Assembly (NCBI GenBank): GCA_030704615.1
Contig: CM060733.1
Location: forward strand, 17,484,001 to 17,548,000
DNA length: 64,000 bases
From: Takakia lepidozioides
Lineage: Eukaryota; Plantae; Bryophyta
Reading direction: 5' to 3'
Each line of letters opens with the position of its first letter. Within the stretch, counting starts at the first letter, position 1. The translations under genes and the position numbers were made by a program. The notes beneath the pieces are model-generated. The model did no database searches and had not been told where the DNA came from. It saw only the letters and a list, made by a program, of their open reading frames with translations. Positions 1-11,670 of the stretch are shown here, one piece after another.

Positions 1-806
1 CCTGCTGCCCAGAACTCTGCCAATGCTACTGTGTGTCTCCTCCAACATTTTATCCGCTGCACTTTTGAAATCCTCCGGAGACATGTCTGTAGGTGCCGGT
101 AGTGGCTGAGCAGCTGGAGCATCCTCAACTGGAGCTGCACTCTGGGGCCTGTGTGCGGGCAATTCTGCCACTGCAGAGGCCTCCTCCGGGCCTGCTAGCT
201 CATCGGTGGTGAGGTCTGCCTGCGAACGTTCAGCGGCAGCACCCTCCTCCGGTACCAAATCGAGATCAACGGTCGATCCCATTGCCTTCGCTGCAGCAGA
301 GTCGGCCCCAACATCTGCAGGCGGGAAATCCTCCAGGAACTGAGCTTCAGCTCGTGGAAGCGGTTTTGCGGGAGATTGTTCGCCGTCGCCCTGATTGCCT
401 TCTGCTTCCTCATCCTTGCAGGTGAAGGTGTCTGCTGCAATAGAATCTGTCTTCTACCCTGCTGCTTCATTCGCGTTGGGGGGGGTGAATCGGCCTGAGC
501 CGGTTCAGAAGCCAGTAGAGGGACGGGCTGCTTCTTCTTCGACTTTGCTGGAGAAGGGCCCGACCCCTGCTGGCGATTCTCCATGATCGAAGAACGCGAG
601 TCGATCTCTGAGACTTTGAACTTGCCCTTCGAAGACGCGTCTTTGAATCGCAGAGGGCTAGGCCCGGCAGGAGTACCCGCGCTCGGGGATCGGGTGGGTG
701 TACGTGCTGCAGCTAGCTCCTCGGACTCTTCCTGCGGCTCTTCGGATTCCTGCGATCCCTCCAGCACGTCCACCTTTCCTGTTAGGCATGCAAACATGTT
801 CTGCAT
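1..806 (-). pseudogene. 5' part of family-A ParB-like/DNA-methyltransferase-like gene (low-complexity N-terminus), runs off the window
   Basis: Near-identical to ORFs starting at 27797(+) and 51829(-). A 1-bp deletion near 384 relative to those copies shifts the frame; this could be a sequencing error. Confidence 0.75.
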
Positions 807-1419
807 TCAAGTCTCCTAGCATTCAGTCTAAGAATTACAGAAGCAAAATGGGGGGTTCGGTGCTCGATCAGCTGCGCGCAGCCCGATCGCATGGAGCTCT
901 CACTGGTGGCTGGGTTGCCTGAGTGGCCTGCTGCTCGGAGATGGCAATCTCCTCCTGTAGACGCATCTGCTTCCTCCCCTTCGGCATTGGCCTACGTCCG
1001 AAGTATAATTTCCGGAGCTTGCGACGAGGTCTCCTGTCTGGTGCACGAACTCCCCCCCTCTCAGGTTCGAGCATAAGAAGAACAGAGAGAGGGAAAAGGG
1101 GCAAAGAGTGCAGATGGAAAGGGCGCGAGAGGGGTGACTGAGGAGACACGACAAAAGTAGATGAAACGGCGGTGATGCACCACTTGGGTTCGAAAGGTTG
1201 GACGAAAGTGTCTCCTCGTGGAGTTTGCGTCATTACGAAATTCGAATCGTTGAGGGTACGCCCGCCGTCCGAAAATCAAACATCATTATCCAACGGTCAG
1301 GCCGCGCCGCCTCATGCCCCTTCAGTCAGATAGAGTGCCGACATGTGCAGCAATTCCGTTGCTCCACGTGTTCACATTTCAAGGCATTTCCGTCCCAGCG
1401 TCTGATGAGTTGGAGCGAG

Positions 1420-3125
1420 AATGCGAATGCGGCGCCGCATTTCCGTTAAGTACCATCACGCTACACATCCGTACTTGTTGGAAGAAAATGCGGCACCGCA
1501 TTTCCGTTCCACCTTCACATACCTTAGTTGTTGAACGGAAATACGGTGCCGCATTTCCGTCCCACAGCTCCATGTATGAGATTCAGAAGGGAAATGCGGC
1601 GCCGCATTTCCGTTCCCACTTCACATACGTTAGTTGATGAATGGAAATGCCGTGCCACATTTCCGTTCGGGAAAGTATAGAGGTCTCACCTGGACAGAAA
1701 TGCGGTGTCGCATTTCCGGTCTGGAAAGGTTGAAGGTCTCACATGGATGGAAATGCGGCAACACATTTCCGTAGCACAGCTCCAGGCCGAATATACAAAA
1801 CGGAAATGCGGCGCCGCATTTCCGTTCGAGAATGTCGGAAGGTGCGACTCGAACGGAAATGCGGTGCCGCATTTCTGTACCCGTTGCGCACGATTTTCAG
1901 TCAGAATGGAAATGCGGTACCGCATTTCCGTTCTGTAGAGTATTAACGTCTGACGCTGGCGGAAATGCCTTCCCGCATTTTCGTTCCACAGCTCCATGCC
2001 TCACATACAAAACGGAAATGCGGTGCCGCATTTCCGTTTTGGAATGTCGGATGGTGGGACTCCGACGGAAATGCGGTACCGCATTTCAATTCCGATGTTT
2101 CAGGATATTTCATCAGAACGGAAATGCGGTGCCGCATTTCCCTTTTAAATCTAATACATTCCGTTCTGGAATGTTGGGAGGTGCGACTCGGATGGAAATG
2201 CGCTGCCGCATTTCAGTTCCGATGGTTCACGATTTTCAGTCAGAACGGAAATGCGGTGCCGCATTTCCGTTCTGGAATGATGGTAGGTGCGACTCGGATG
2301 GAAATACGTTGCCGCATTTCAGTTCCGATGGTTCACGATTTTCAGTCAGAACGGAAATGCGGTGCCGCATTTCCGTTCTGGAATGATGGTAGGTGCGACT
2401 CGGATGGAAATACGGTGCCGCATTTCAGTTCAGATAGTTCACGATTTTCAGTCAGAACGGAAATGCGGTGCCGCATTTCCGTTCTGGATAGTGTGAATGT
2501 CTCAACCGGTCGGAATTGCGCTGTATGAAGCTGTCGGAATCTTACTCGGCTCCAGGCATCAGATACAAAATGGAAATGCGGCGCCGCATTTCCTTTATGG
2601 AATGTCGAAAAGTGCGACTTTGACGGAAATGCGGTGCCGCATTTCTGTTCCCGTTGTTCATAATTCTCAATCAGAACGGAAATGCGGTACCGCATTTCCG
2701 TTCCACCTTCACATACCGTGCTTGTTGAATGAAAATGCGGTACCGCATTTCCGTTCTCGAGAGTATGAATGTCTTTTAAGGACGGAAATGTGCTGCAGCA
2801 TTTCTATCCCTCAGCTCCATGCATCAGATACAAAATGGAAATGCGGCGCCGCATTCCCGTTCTGGAATGTCGAAAAGTGCGACTCGGACGGAAATGCGGT
2901 GCCGCATTTCTGTTCCCGTTGTTCATAAATCTCAATCAGAACGGAAATGCGGTACCGCATTTCCGTTCCACCTTCACATACCGTGCTTGCTGGATGGAAA
3001 TGCGTTACCGCATTTCCGTTCTGGAGAGTATAAAGGTTTCCCCCGGACGGAAACTCGGTGCCGCATTTCCGTCGCTCTGTTGCATGACCAAGATGCAATA
3101 CGGAAATGCGGCGCCGTATTTCCGT
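1420..3125. repeat. Central array of ~30 copies of the 22-bp palindrome GGAAATGCGG-YR-CCGCATTTCC, ~53-bp period
   Basis: Palindrome starts at 1749, 1802, 1855, 1908, 1961, 2014, 2067 and onward. Spacers are related to one another. Lies between the divergent ParB-MTase and transposase genes. Confidence 0.95.
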
Positions 3126-3552
3126 CCACCAGCAATCGACAGAATCACTCGTGACGGGAAATCTGGAACCTCAATGGGTTGCATTGTTCCGAAACAACAC
3201 AATTGCGGCCAGTCTTGATGAGCACAACTTGGTTGTCTGACCGTTTTAACCAGCAGTCCTGGCACTTGTCAGTGCGAACGTTCCTGTCTGCACCGAGAAT
3301 ACTGCTGGATCCACCCTCAGGAGAAACTGTCAGGAGATGTTATTTCGTCGCCGAATCGGCCATCATTGTCCTACTCACTGGCTATGGAATCAAACCTCCC
3401 ACCTTCATGCATGTAGCTTGAAACAATACTTTCCACTTCAATGTGCGACTTCCAATTGTCGATGGACTCCGCAGATCCACTTAGATGGTGCCTGTGAGCC
3501 TTGGTCTGTCGCTATACTGAACCTCGCACTTGCCAACTCCGTGCGGTGTTCG

Positions 3553-6500
3553 ATGGCTCCGAATTCCTACGCTATAGTTTGCTGTCCTCCGCAACTTGGG
3601 AGAGCCTGGATCCCAAACGAGGGAGGACTTTGCAGAGTGACTGAAACTTACCTTTGTTCCAAATTCAAGCTCAAACCGGGCACAGTTTATTTGGAAGAAG
3701 AAAGGAAGGATGTTCCTGGACAGGTTGACGAGACCATTGTCGTGCTAGGTAACGACGGAGGTTGCGGAATCGAATGGCACGTTCCCCCGTCAGACACCAT
3801 CCTGTACCGAGCTGTGGGAATGCCCATTCCCTTTCCGAATCAGTCGCTGCCCACACCATCCACAAAGGAGTCCGGAAACCGAGAGGCGGCCACTGCCAAC
3901 AGAGAGGTATGCAACGATAATCATTCCCGACCTGGACCGTCAAGACCCTCCATAGCTTCTCGTGTGGACGTATTCGACATTTCCGACGAGGAAGATGATT
4001 GCATTGAGGTACCCATGTCCTCCACACGGTCGTTCAAATCCGGCATGGACGTCTCTGTAGGTGCTACGCATGTGCCCTCGAGCATAACTCCAACCCGGTC
4101 CATTGTGCAGCTCCTACGACAACATCACCTCGATGGTTCTCGCTCCGAGCTGGCTGCTCTCGACTATGCCAAATTCCCAGTCAGAAAGGTAACTTTTCTG
4201 CCTCCCGAAGTCGATGGCAATGTCATCTTCGAGTTTCCACCTGTTTCTTCGTCAAAGAAAGCCTCCGGGATGTTAACAGACATGGATCGAAAGCATGACG
4301 GACACCCCTGGTGTGTGACGAAGACCAGTAGCACGAAAATTGCTGATGGTGTTCGTGTACGATATGTCCTCTGTGCGGGGAAGCTGAGGTGCCTCAATCC
4401 CACCTGCTTCCACTTTCTCTCCAAAGGAGGGCGGAGAAACGAGACGGATTGGACTGGCACAACGCATCATCCATTCATTGTCTCCAGCCAAGCTCCTGCG
4501 GGTTCTTTCAAGTGTGCACATTGCAAAGAACCACCGACGTGCATGTCCATGTGCAGAGCCAAGCAATATTACGTAATCCATTTGCTCCCGGACTTGACTA
4601 GAGCTTGCATACACGTTGGGGTCCACTGCCACCCCTTGGCGAGAGGCAACATGCGTGAGGCTGTGCAGGAAGCACACGACATCATAAAAGAGGAGGTGAA
4701 ATTGAGCCCCGGAGCCAGACCAAAGCAGATTCAGCTGAAGGCAGCCCACAAGATTGCTCTTGGCAAAATCATGTCTGAAGATGGTTCCGACCGAGAGCCC
4801 TTGACCGAAGACGAGATGCGTGACCTCTTGGAGTCCGTCTCGCACGTTTGTAGTCCGAATGTGCGGAATCACATCGTATCTTGCAAGCAGGAGTTCGGCA
4901 GGGGGTCGGACATGTACTCAATCCTGGAGGTGAAACGAATGACTGGATATGACTACATCCAAGGTAGCAGGTTTCCAGGGCAAGGCAGCGAATCCGATCG
5001 TTGTTACATTTTCAAAATGTCGACGTGTGGGCCTGGGAGTGGAGTCGACTTGGTCACTCGCATGACAACTGGAAACTTGTCGAATGCTTGGGTGATGTTT
5101 GATCACATCAAGCGAATTACAAACCATCAGTGGGTGACTATGGGTGCGCATGTTTATGACTATCACTCCAAGAGGCTCATGACGATTGCAATCTGCGAGA
5201 TGAAAGGGGAGGACACACAGTCCGAGATGCATCTGTGGGAGGGCATAAACCAGCAGATGGCAAGGGCGGGATTGCCAGAGCCCAATTTCAGGGGATTCAT
5301 GGCAGACAACGCTCAGGCCAACTGGGCAGCGGTGCGGCGTGTGTACGGTGAGGACCCCAATGTTCCAATGGAGGGGAAAGAGAGATCCTGTGGATTCCAT
5401 TGGATGCAGAGTCTATCCCACTACACTACCAAATTTGTTGCTAGCTCATTCCAGGCTGAACACCGTGTCCTTTGTACGGCGTGGAAGGATGCACCCACAT
5501 TTGATGACGCGGAGGTTAAGTTTGCTATCATCGAGGCTTGGTGGAACACGTCAGGTGCAGTGGAGACAACCAATCTGGGAGCATTGCACAGCTGGTTGGG
5601 GTGGTGGCATTTTCGGTATCGACAGTTCGGACAGTACATGCGGGAGGTAGGCTGCTGTCATTTCGTTCATTTGTCTTTCTGTTACGGACATTTCGATTGG
5701 TCCCTCACCGTTGTTTGTGTCCTTCTAGGAGCGGTGCTTGGATTCCGACACGGACATGCCGAACACGAATATGGCAGAATCGGTCCACTCCTCCTGGCGA
5801 GCGTCTTCTGCCGCACATCTGGTGGACGTAGTGACGGCCACAACGGAGGACATCGACAGAGCAATCATGCAGCAAGCCACGTACTACAAGTTCCTGAGCG
5901 GCAAACAATGGGGCTTTGGGCCGGACAGGGAGGAATTGTTGGTACGAACAGCTTCGAGGTCCAAGAATCCAGTGAAATGGGCGACAGCATTGCGAGAGAA
6001 GATCAAAGGGACGCCTCTGCACCGCAGAGGTGAACACCTAGAGGGGGACGTCCGGACTCGCCCTGTCAGGCGGAGGATTGAAGAGGAACCCGGGTGCGAA
6101 GAGGATTCCTGGAGATCCGACAGGAACATTCGGACAGCACCTCGAGGTCCCGTCATGTTGCCGCACAATGTGTCTTCCAGCAGTGGAAGCCCAAGAAATT
6201 CCAGATCGCCGTCGCCTTCAACCGGGGATTTCGTGCAACAAATTCCCACCGCTCCCTTGCCCCACATTCCGCCCGCTGTTATGCAGTATGGCCAAGCCAT
6301 TGTGGAGACGACTGTGTCTGCCTCACAGTGGAGAATTGCTCGCACAAAGCCGTCGTTTCGAGGAAGGTGTTCCGCAATTCGTGTGGATACACGGCAACGT
6401 TGTTTAGAGATGATAAGGAGGAATCCAGATGGGGCTGTCCCTGCTCCTACTTTTACAGGAAGATTTGTCCATGCAAAGTTTGCGGAGGCGACAACCACCC

Positions 6501-7159
6501 AGTTCTGGTTCTGCAGGCACGACATTATGACTTGCGTGTATGGAAAGCCCAAGTACGGCATACAGACAATGCCAGAGGCTCCCCCGGTGTGGCCGGTGGA
6601 ACCAGGCTGCGATCTGAGTCAGGTTGAGGCCGACGCCCTTACCGCCGCAGGATTTCGGATGGTGCAGCGCACTGACGTGCCCAGACAACCATTTCCGCTT
6701 CCACAGCCTCCACCACCGACCCCTGTGAGAGCAAGAACAATGGGACACGACAGCTCTAAGCATCCTACACACCGTTGGGGGAAACCGAAGAGGCGGCGAC
6801 CTCCCTCAAAAGTGAACGAGACAAGGATGGGGAATGCACTTCGGATGAACTGTACAATCCAGAGCTCGACAGAAGTGCCCCCACCAGGATTCGGGCGTGT
6901 GTATCAGATGGCCACGGCGGGCTCAGCTGTTCGCAATGAGGTGTACACCATCACCATTTCAGAATTACCCACCTGCAATTGCACCGACTTCCAGATCATG
7001 GCGAACAAGGGGGCATCATACTGCCCTTGCAAGCATTTGTACTACGTGTACCTAAAGAGACTCCGTTGTAATTCCACAACTCATCACTTCATACATGCAC
7101 CAGGGTTGAGCCCCCAGGAGGTTCACACTCTTCTGAATATGGATCCAGGGGACCAGTGA
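3553..7159 (+). CDS. Mutator-superfamily transposase, ~1174 aa, 2 exons (3553-5646, 5729-7159), apparently intact
   Basis: GCM/WRKY-like Cys/His domain (DGHPW...CAG.L.C..P.C...C.HC...HxHP). DDE core: VMFD, FMAD...SCGFHW (CxxH), NMAESVH. C-terminal SWIM finger CNCTDF...CKHL. An 82-nt GT-AG intron joins the two ORFs in frame. Confidence 0.88.
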
Positions 7160-7934
7160 GCTTGGCTTGCGGTCCACATACAATGGTACGCCCATCGGAT
7201 AGTAGAACTGTACTGCTGCCAGTACCTCAGACTCTGGCCACACAAAGGTCCGACATATGTCTTGCCTACCAGTAACCTGTTTTGATCGAACTAAGATATT
7301 ACTATATCGTTCACTTGTTTCCACGTGCATGTATTTTTGTATGTTGGAGGGTTCATGTTTTTCTGCTTTCCGAAAACTTGCTCTCCTCATTCGACCTCCG
7401 ACAAGGAAATGCGGCGCCGAATTTCCAAGTATCGTCGTAGGTACCCCCAGAGGCGGCCTTCGCCAACACCAAACCGCTCCGAAATTTCGCACGTGCGAAC
7501 CCTAATGCGGCACCCTATTTCCCAGTTCAGTTGCAAACCTTTCCCGCCGAATACCCGAAGAAGACAGAATTGTGAAGTACTGCAGACTGTATTGGTGCAG
7601 ACTCCATTGGTTCAATCGCGGCAAAAGGGTCAGCTTCATTCCAATGTTAAGGCATGTAAAACCGCGGAATACTCTATACAGGCCAGTATGCGACGTCCTT
7701 TTGCAGTGGTATACTGGATTTCCCGTTGCACGGTCACTTATTTCCATGAGCGGATCTATAAAACCATGAGCGGACTTGTTACTGACGACATATCTTCGCC
7801 GCATTACATGATCTGGAACGTCCAAAAACGGCAAGGTCAAATAAAAAACTATTATTTTAATACTTGTTTAATCTGCCGCATTTCCAAATTTGGAGGAGTC
7901 CGCTCATGAAATCCGCGTATCTTAGACTTCGGCT

Positions 7935-8004
7935 CACCGCTCATGCGGCTCATGCGGCTCATGGCTCATGGCTCATGGTTTCTGCTCATGAAATAGTAAA
8001 CCTC
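7935..8004. repeat. Right TIR of family A with tandem subterminal GCTCATG motifs
   Basis: Reverse complement 5'-GAGGTTTACTATTTCATGAGC aligns without gaps to the left TIR 5'-GGGGGTTGCTATTTCATGAGC at 43678. Confidence 0.9.
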
Positions 8005-8006
8005 AC

Positions 8007-8259
8007 TGAATGTCTGCATTGACATTCAGCAAAATGAAGTGATCAACCCTCATTGTAACCTCTATGGACATTACAAAAATTTAAATAACCTTGAGGACCA
8101 CACAACAACTCCGTATGTGAATGTCGTCAACGCCATTCAAGGACATTATCAATTCTAATCAGGGACAATATAATTGCACCCTTAGATCCTAACCAGGTGA
8201 ATTCATATACTCGCTTAGAATGACTCAGACAAAGAAGTGAATGTCGTCAACGACATTCA
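8007..8259. repeat. Family-B palindromes, consensus TGAATGT-CG-TYAA-CG-ACATTCA (8007, 8118, 8238)
   Basis: Read directly. The 8007 copy is degenerate in the core. Confidence 0.8.
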
Positions 8260-8339
8260 ATCTGGATCTAGATTGCAATCCATATGAAGCCCAATTTTTC
8301 CCAAAAAAAACAGTAGAGTTTCAAGTATGACATTTCACC

Positions 8340-10917
8340 TGTACACAACTCGCATCATGGCCCACTCTCCTCCAACCTGACTGTCAAAGTCGTTGGACCG
8401 TAAAATGTTACCATCTTTGGAGAACTCCCGGAAAAAACAGTATCTCCAGGTGAGACCTCTCCACTTCCTTATGTATGCCTCCAATGACATTTGGGGAAGG
8501 GGAAACAATCGCAATGTTCAGGTCCTTCAAAGTCTGATCCAGCACAATGACGGCGCGCTTTTCGAGCTGCAAATAGTATATTTGTCAGAATTGCAAAAAA
8601 GAAACATCACATACTTGAAGAGAAGAAACAGCATGTTCGAATACACACCTGACTCCAAAATGTAGCCTTGTGGAGCCAGTTATCAAACACCAAATCACTG
8701 ATTCCTTCCACCTTTGTGCCAGGCTGTATGGTGCTCTTTGGGAACTGATTCAAGTCCTTTACTGTTTGATCTGAGTTCCATATCTCCAGCCACCTATTTT
8801 TGTTTGTGGGTCGACCATCGATATGGCCAGCCGGTGCAATTTCTCCTGCTGCATCTCCGGATGCACATGCTTGTCATAGTGTGTTTTGATCTGCTGAAGG
8901 AACTCAGGACCAAGTCCAGGATCTACTATTCTAAGCTGCTTTCCGAAGGCTGACATCAATTTGGTTCTTCGCATCTCAAACTCCTTCTTTATTGCAGCTT
9001 CCACACCCTTTGATGTCCTTAGTTCCTCTGGTGTAGTGCGGTAAATATTCGGATTTTCCCTTCTCAGCTGCCTCTGCCAGTTCTTGCTGCATTCATTCAA
9101 GTAGTGATTAGCTCCGAAGGGACTCAAACATGTATTCGAAAAGTAAACAGATTACAGACTCGGGCTTACCGCATACATGTACTCCAGAAACGCCTCTCGT
9201 GTCAAAGAATACCAAGTGCCTGCAGCTCTTCCTGTTTCGCACTTCTTGATGATATTGGGTGGTAGTACTGTCCGAAAATCATCCAGCTTCATCAGACCAA
9301 TCCTCTGAATTCGGAATAGTGTGTGAACCAAGCTTGTTGTCACATGCGATTTCTCTGTCGATCTGCAAAAACATTGAAACATTGCATTCCTTAACACTGT
9401 TTTTTGAGGATAACAAGACACTACAGAGGGAATGAAATCTCCTGGATGACTTACTTGTTCACGTCGTGCATAGCTGTAAGAAGCCTAGCGATGTCGTTTC
9501 CTGGATCCAAAACCATTGCCTCCACAGCAACATGCTTGTCTTTGTCTTTCGAATGGTGTTTCTGAATGTATCCCATCCATGCCAGCAATCGGTGGTTGCC
9601 GTCCCAGACGTAGAACATGTGGTTGCAAAATTGCTGGGTGTTCTTTCCCATCATGAGGCCCAGCTCGAACTCCTCATTGGCATCTTTCCAGCACTCATCC
9701 CAGTTATCACTGATCTCTGGAGAAACTAATGTGCTTTTCCCATTTATATCCGTCAGTGACACATAAAAACTTGTGCACCAAGTCTATATCCATGCACAAA
9801 ATCACTCTCCAATTTTGTTATGTCATGGGAAAGAGTGGACGCACAACAGGCATTGATATCATCCGGCACAGAGGTATGTCCAGACGCCCTCCAGATACGA
9901 GCATGTCCCTTATAACCTCCTGAGAGTTTACCTTCTGGAATGACATGAGTTCTTTCACCTTGTCAAGGTAGTGCACTTCGGATTCATCTGCTTCATCTGT
10001 ATTCTCTGAGCTTTTTGCGGACTCGTCCCCATCTCCAGATCCTTTCCCCTCTGATCCTGTAGGCTTCGACCTCACAGTTTTCTGCACGATGCCATTCAGT
10101 TCTGACTAAGTGATTTGCAAATAGTGAATGGCGGTAACGACAATCACTCTGTATCAAGGAAACTCACCATGAATGTGTGAAAGAATTCAGCACAATCTAC
10201 ACATGCAAAGCCGAGACTGCCGTATTCAAAAAAAAGTGAGAGCGATAGCGAACGGCGTTAACGACAATCACAAAAGATAACAACCTGCGGATCGGTGTTG
10301 TGTAATGACATATATGTGCAACTGATTGGCGGCAACGACATTCAGTGTAGTTTAGGGAGAATAGTAAGTGCAGACTCTCTCTTCAAACACATAGGTACAT
10401 AAATCTCATGAGCAGAATCGAATGGCGTTAACGACGCTCGCGATTCAGTAGTTCCTGCTAAAGAATGGAAGAGGAAGGACTCCTTGAAAGGCAATCACAC
10501 AGACTATATGATAAAACTTACTGGCACCTTCTTAGGTTTTGAAATTTGATCCCCTTCTGCAGCTTTCCTCTTCCCTCTCACATCTGCTGGAGTTTCTGTC
10601 TGCGCAAGGGTTTCTTGACCTTCTTCAGGTTCGGCGTTCCGCGTGCTTCCACCTTCTTCAGTGTCCCTGCGATTCATCTCTGCCTCCACAGGCTGGCGCA
10701 CTCTTATCGCCGACTGTGTCGCAGCCGCTGCCTCAGTCTCCGTCTGCTCTTGTGAATCAGTCTCCGCGTTCACCTGCTGCCTTGGCCCTGTGTTCTCCAA
10801 CAAACGACGCCTCGTCATTTTCTCTCTTGCTCTGCGTCTCTCTCTAAGGGAAGTAAAATAAAGAGACTTTCTTCTCTTTCGTATTCTAGAAGGAACCCTC
10901 TCCAGCTTGACTACCAC
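8340..10917 (-). pseudogene. Family-B ParB/Srx-like gene, several exons; 3' part displaced by the A1 insertion
   Basis: LDIPLCRMISMPVVR, MFYVWDGNHRLLAW (~9575-9615) and PEMQQEKLHRL align with family-A LRIPLCRMVSLPIVR, FFVWDGNHRLLAW and PTMQLEKLHHL. Confidence 0.75.
10125..10440. repeat. Second cluster of family-B palindromes (10125, 10249, 10323, 10419) in a probable intron
   Basis: Examples: tgaatggcggtaacgacaatca and tgattggcggcaacgacattca. Confidence 0.75.
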
Positions 10918-11670
10918 TCTCCCTCTAAGCGCGAAAAGTAGAAAAACGCAGTGACTCCCGATTTCTTGCGGGATTGCCTGTGTTCTTGCGTGTCTCTAGA
11001 AGCATCGGATTCCCTCCCGCGTGACCGTTACACATAGTCGTTTCGTTATTAGTGCACATGCCAGCAATTGGTGTACAGCTGTTCGTATTCAGTTATGGAT
11101 GTCTGACGTGTGCCGCCCAAACAAAACGGCGTGTTCTAATTATAACTGGTTCAATATTTAAAAGAACAGCGAATCCCAGAAATTGATGCGCAGTCTTAAA
11201 CAAATAAATATAAATGAACGAGAGTTTGATGACAAATTTTGGAATATCATACACGGTCATCCTTGTTATCCAAACCCCACATTCGTTGCACATTTGGAAC
11301 TTTCCAGGTGCGCATGATCATTGGTAGTAGTATATAGATACATTTACTTAATCTGCAATCCCATTCTCGGATCCTGTGGCATGCTTCCAGGAAGTCGGCT
11401 TTGTTATTGGGTTTATTGATGAGGTTCTGATTAACGGTTTAACAGTTGCCGACACTGCCCCTATGGATTCTCTGACCACTGGGCCCACAAGAAAAGTAAT
11501 TAAAATGGACGGCTGCATATCTGGAATGAATAACAGAATATGCACAGTCGTTATCTGAGCTTCCTCCGCCATATGCTCTGCTCATTCTTCAACTGTGTTC
11601 TGGAGACAGCAGTAAACCGATTTACACTAGATCTGCGATAGCAAGGTACAAACATACTCGAGGAAGGAAG

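Larger units (their letters stand above)
1..8004 (+). mobile_element. Family-A giant MULE, copy A1 (right ~8 kb; left end lies upstream of the window)
   Basis: Contains the 5' end of the ParB-MTase gene (-), the central palindrome array and a MULE transposase (+). Ends in ...GCTCATGAAATAGTAAACCTC at 8004, the same terminus as 23957 and (reversed) 58563. Confidence 0.9.

Noticed and set aside
1420-3125. CRISPR array (22-24-bp palindromic repeats with ~30-bp spacers)
   Set aside because: Spacers are homologous to one another and conserved between element copies. There are no cas genes, and the context is eukaryotic with introns.
1314-3265. Many ORFs with KCGAAFP / GNAAPHF / EMRRRIS repeats (also at 26-27 kb, 33 kb, 46 kb and 63 kb)
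   Set aside because: These are translations of the palindrome in all six frames; there is no evidence they are coding.
3337-3552. N-terminal extension of the transposase ORF, and read-through to 6033
   Set aside because: Homology with the family-D transposase begins near the ATG at 3553. Splicing the intron restores the DDE Glu and the SWIM domain.
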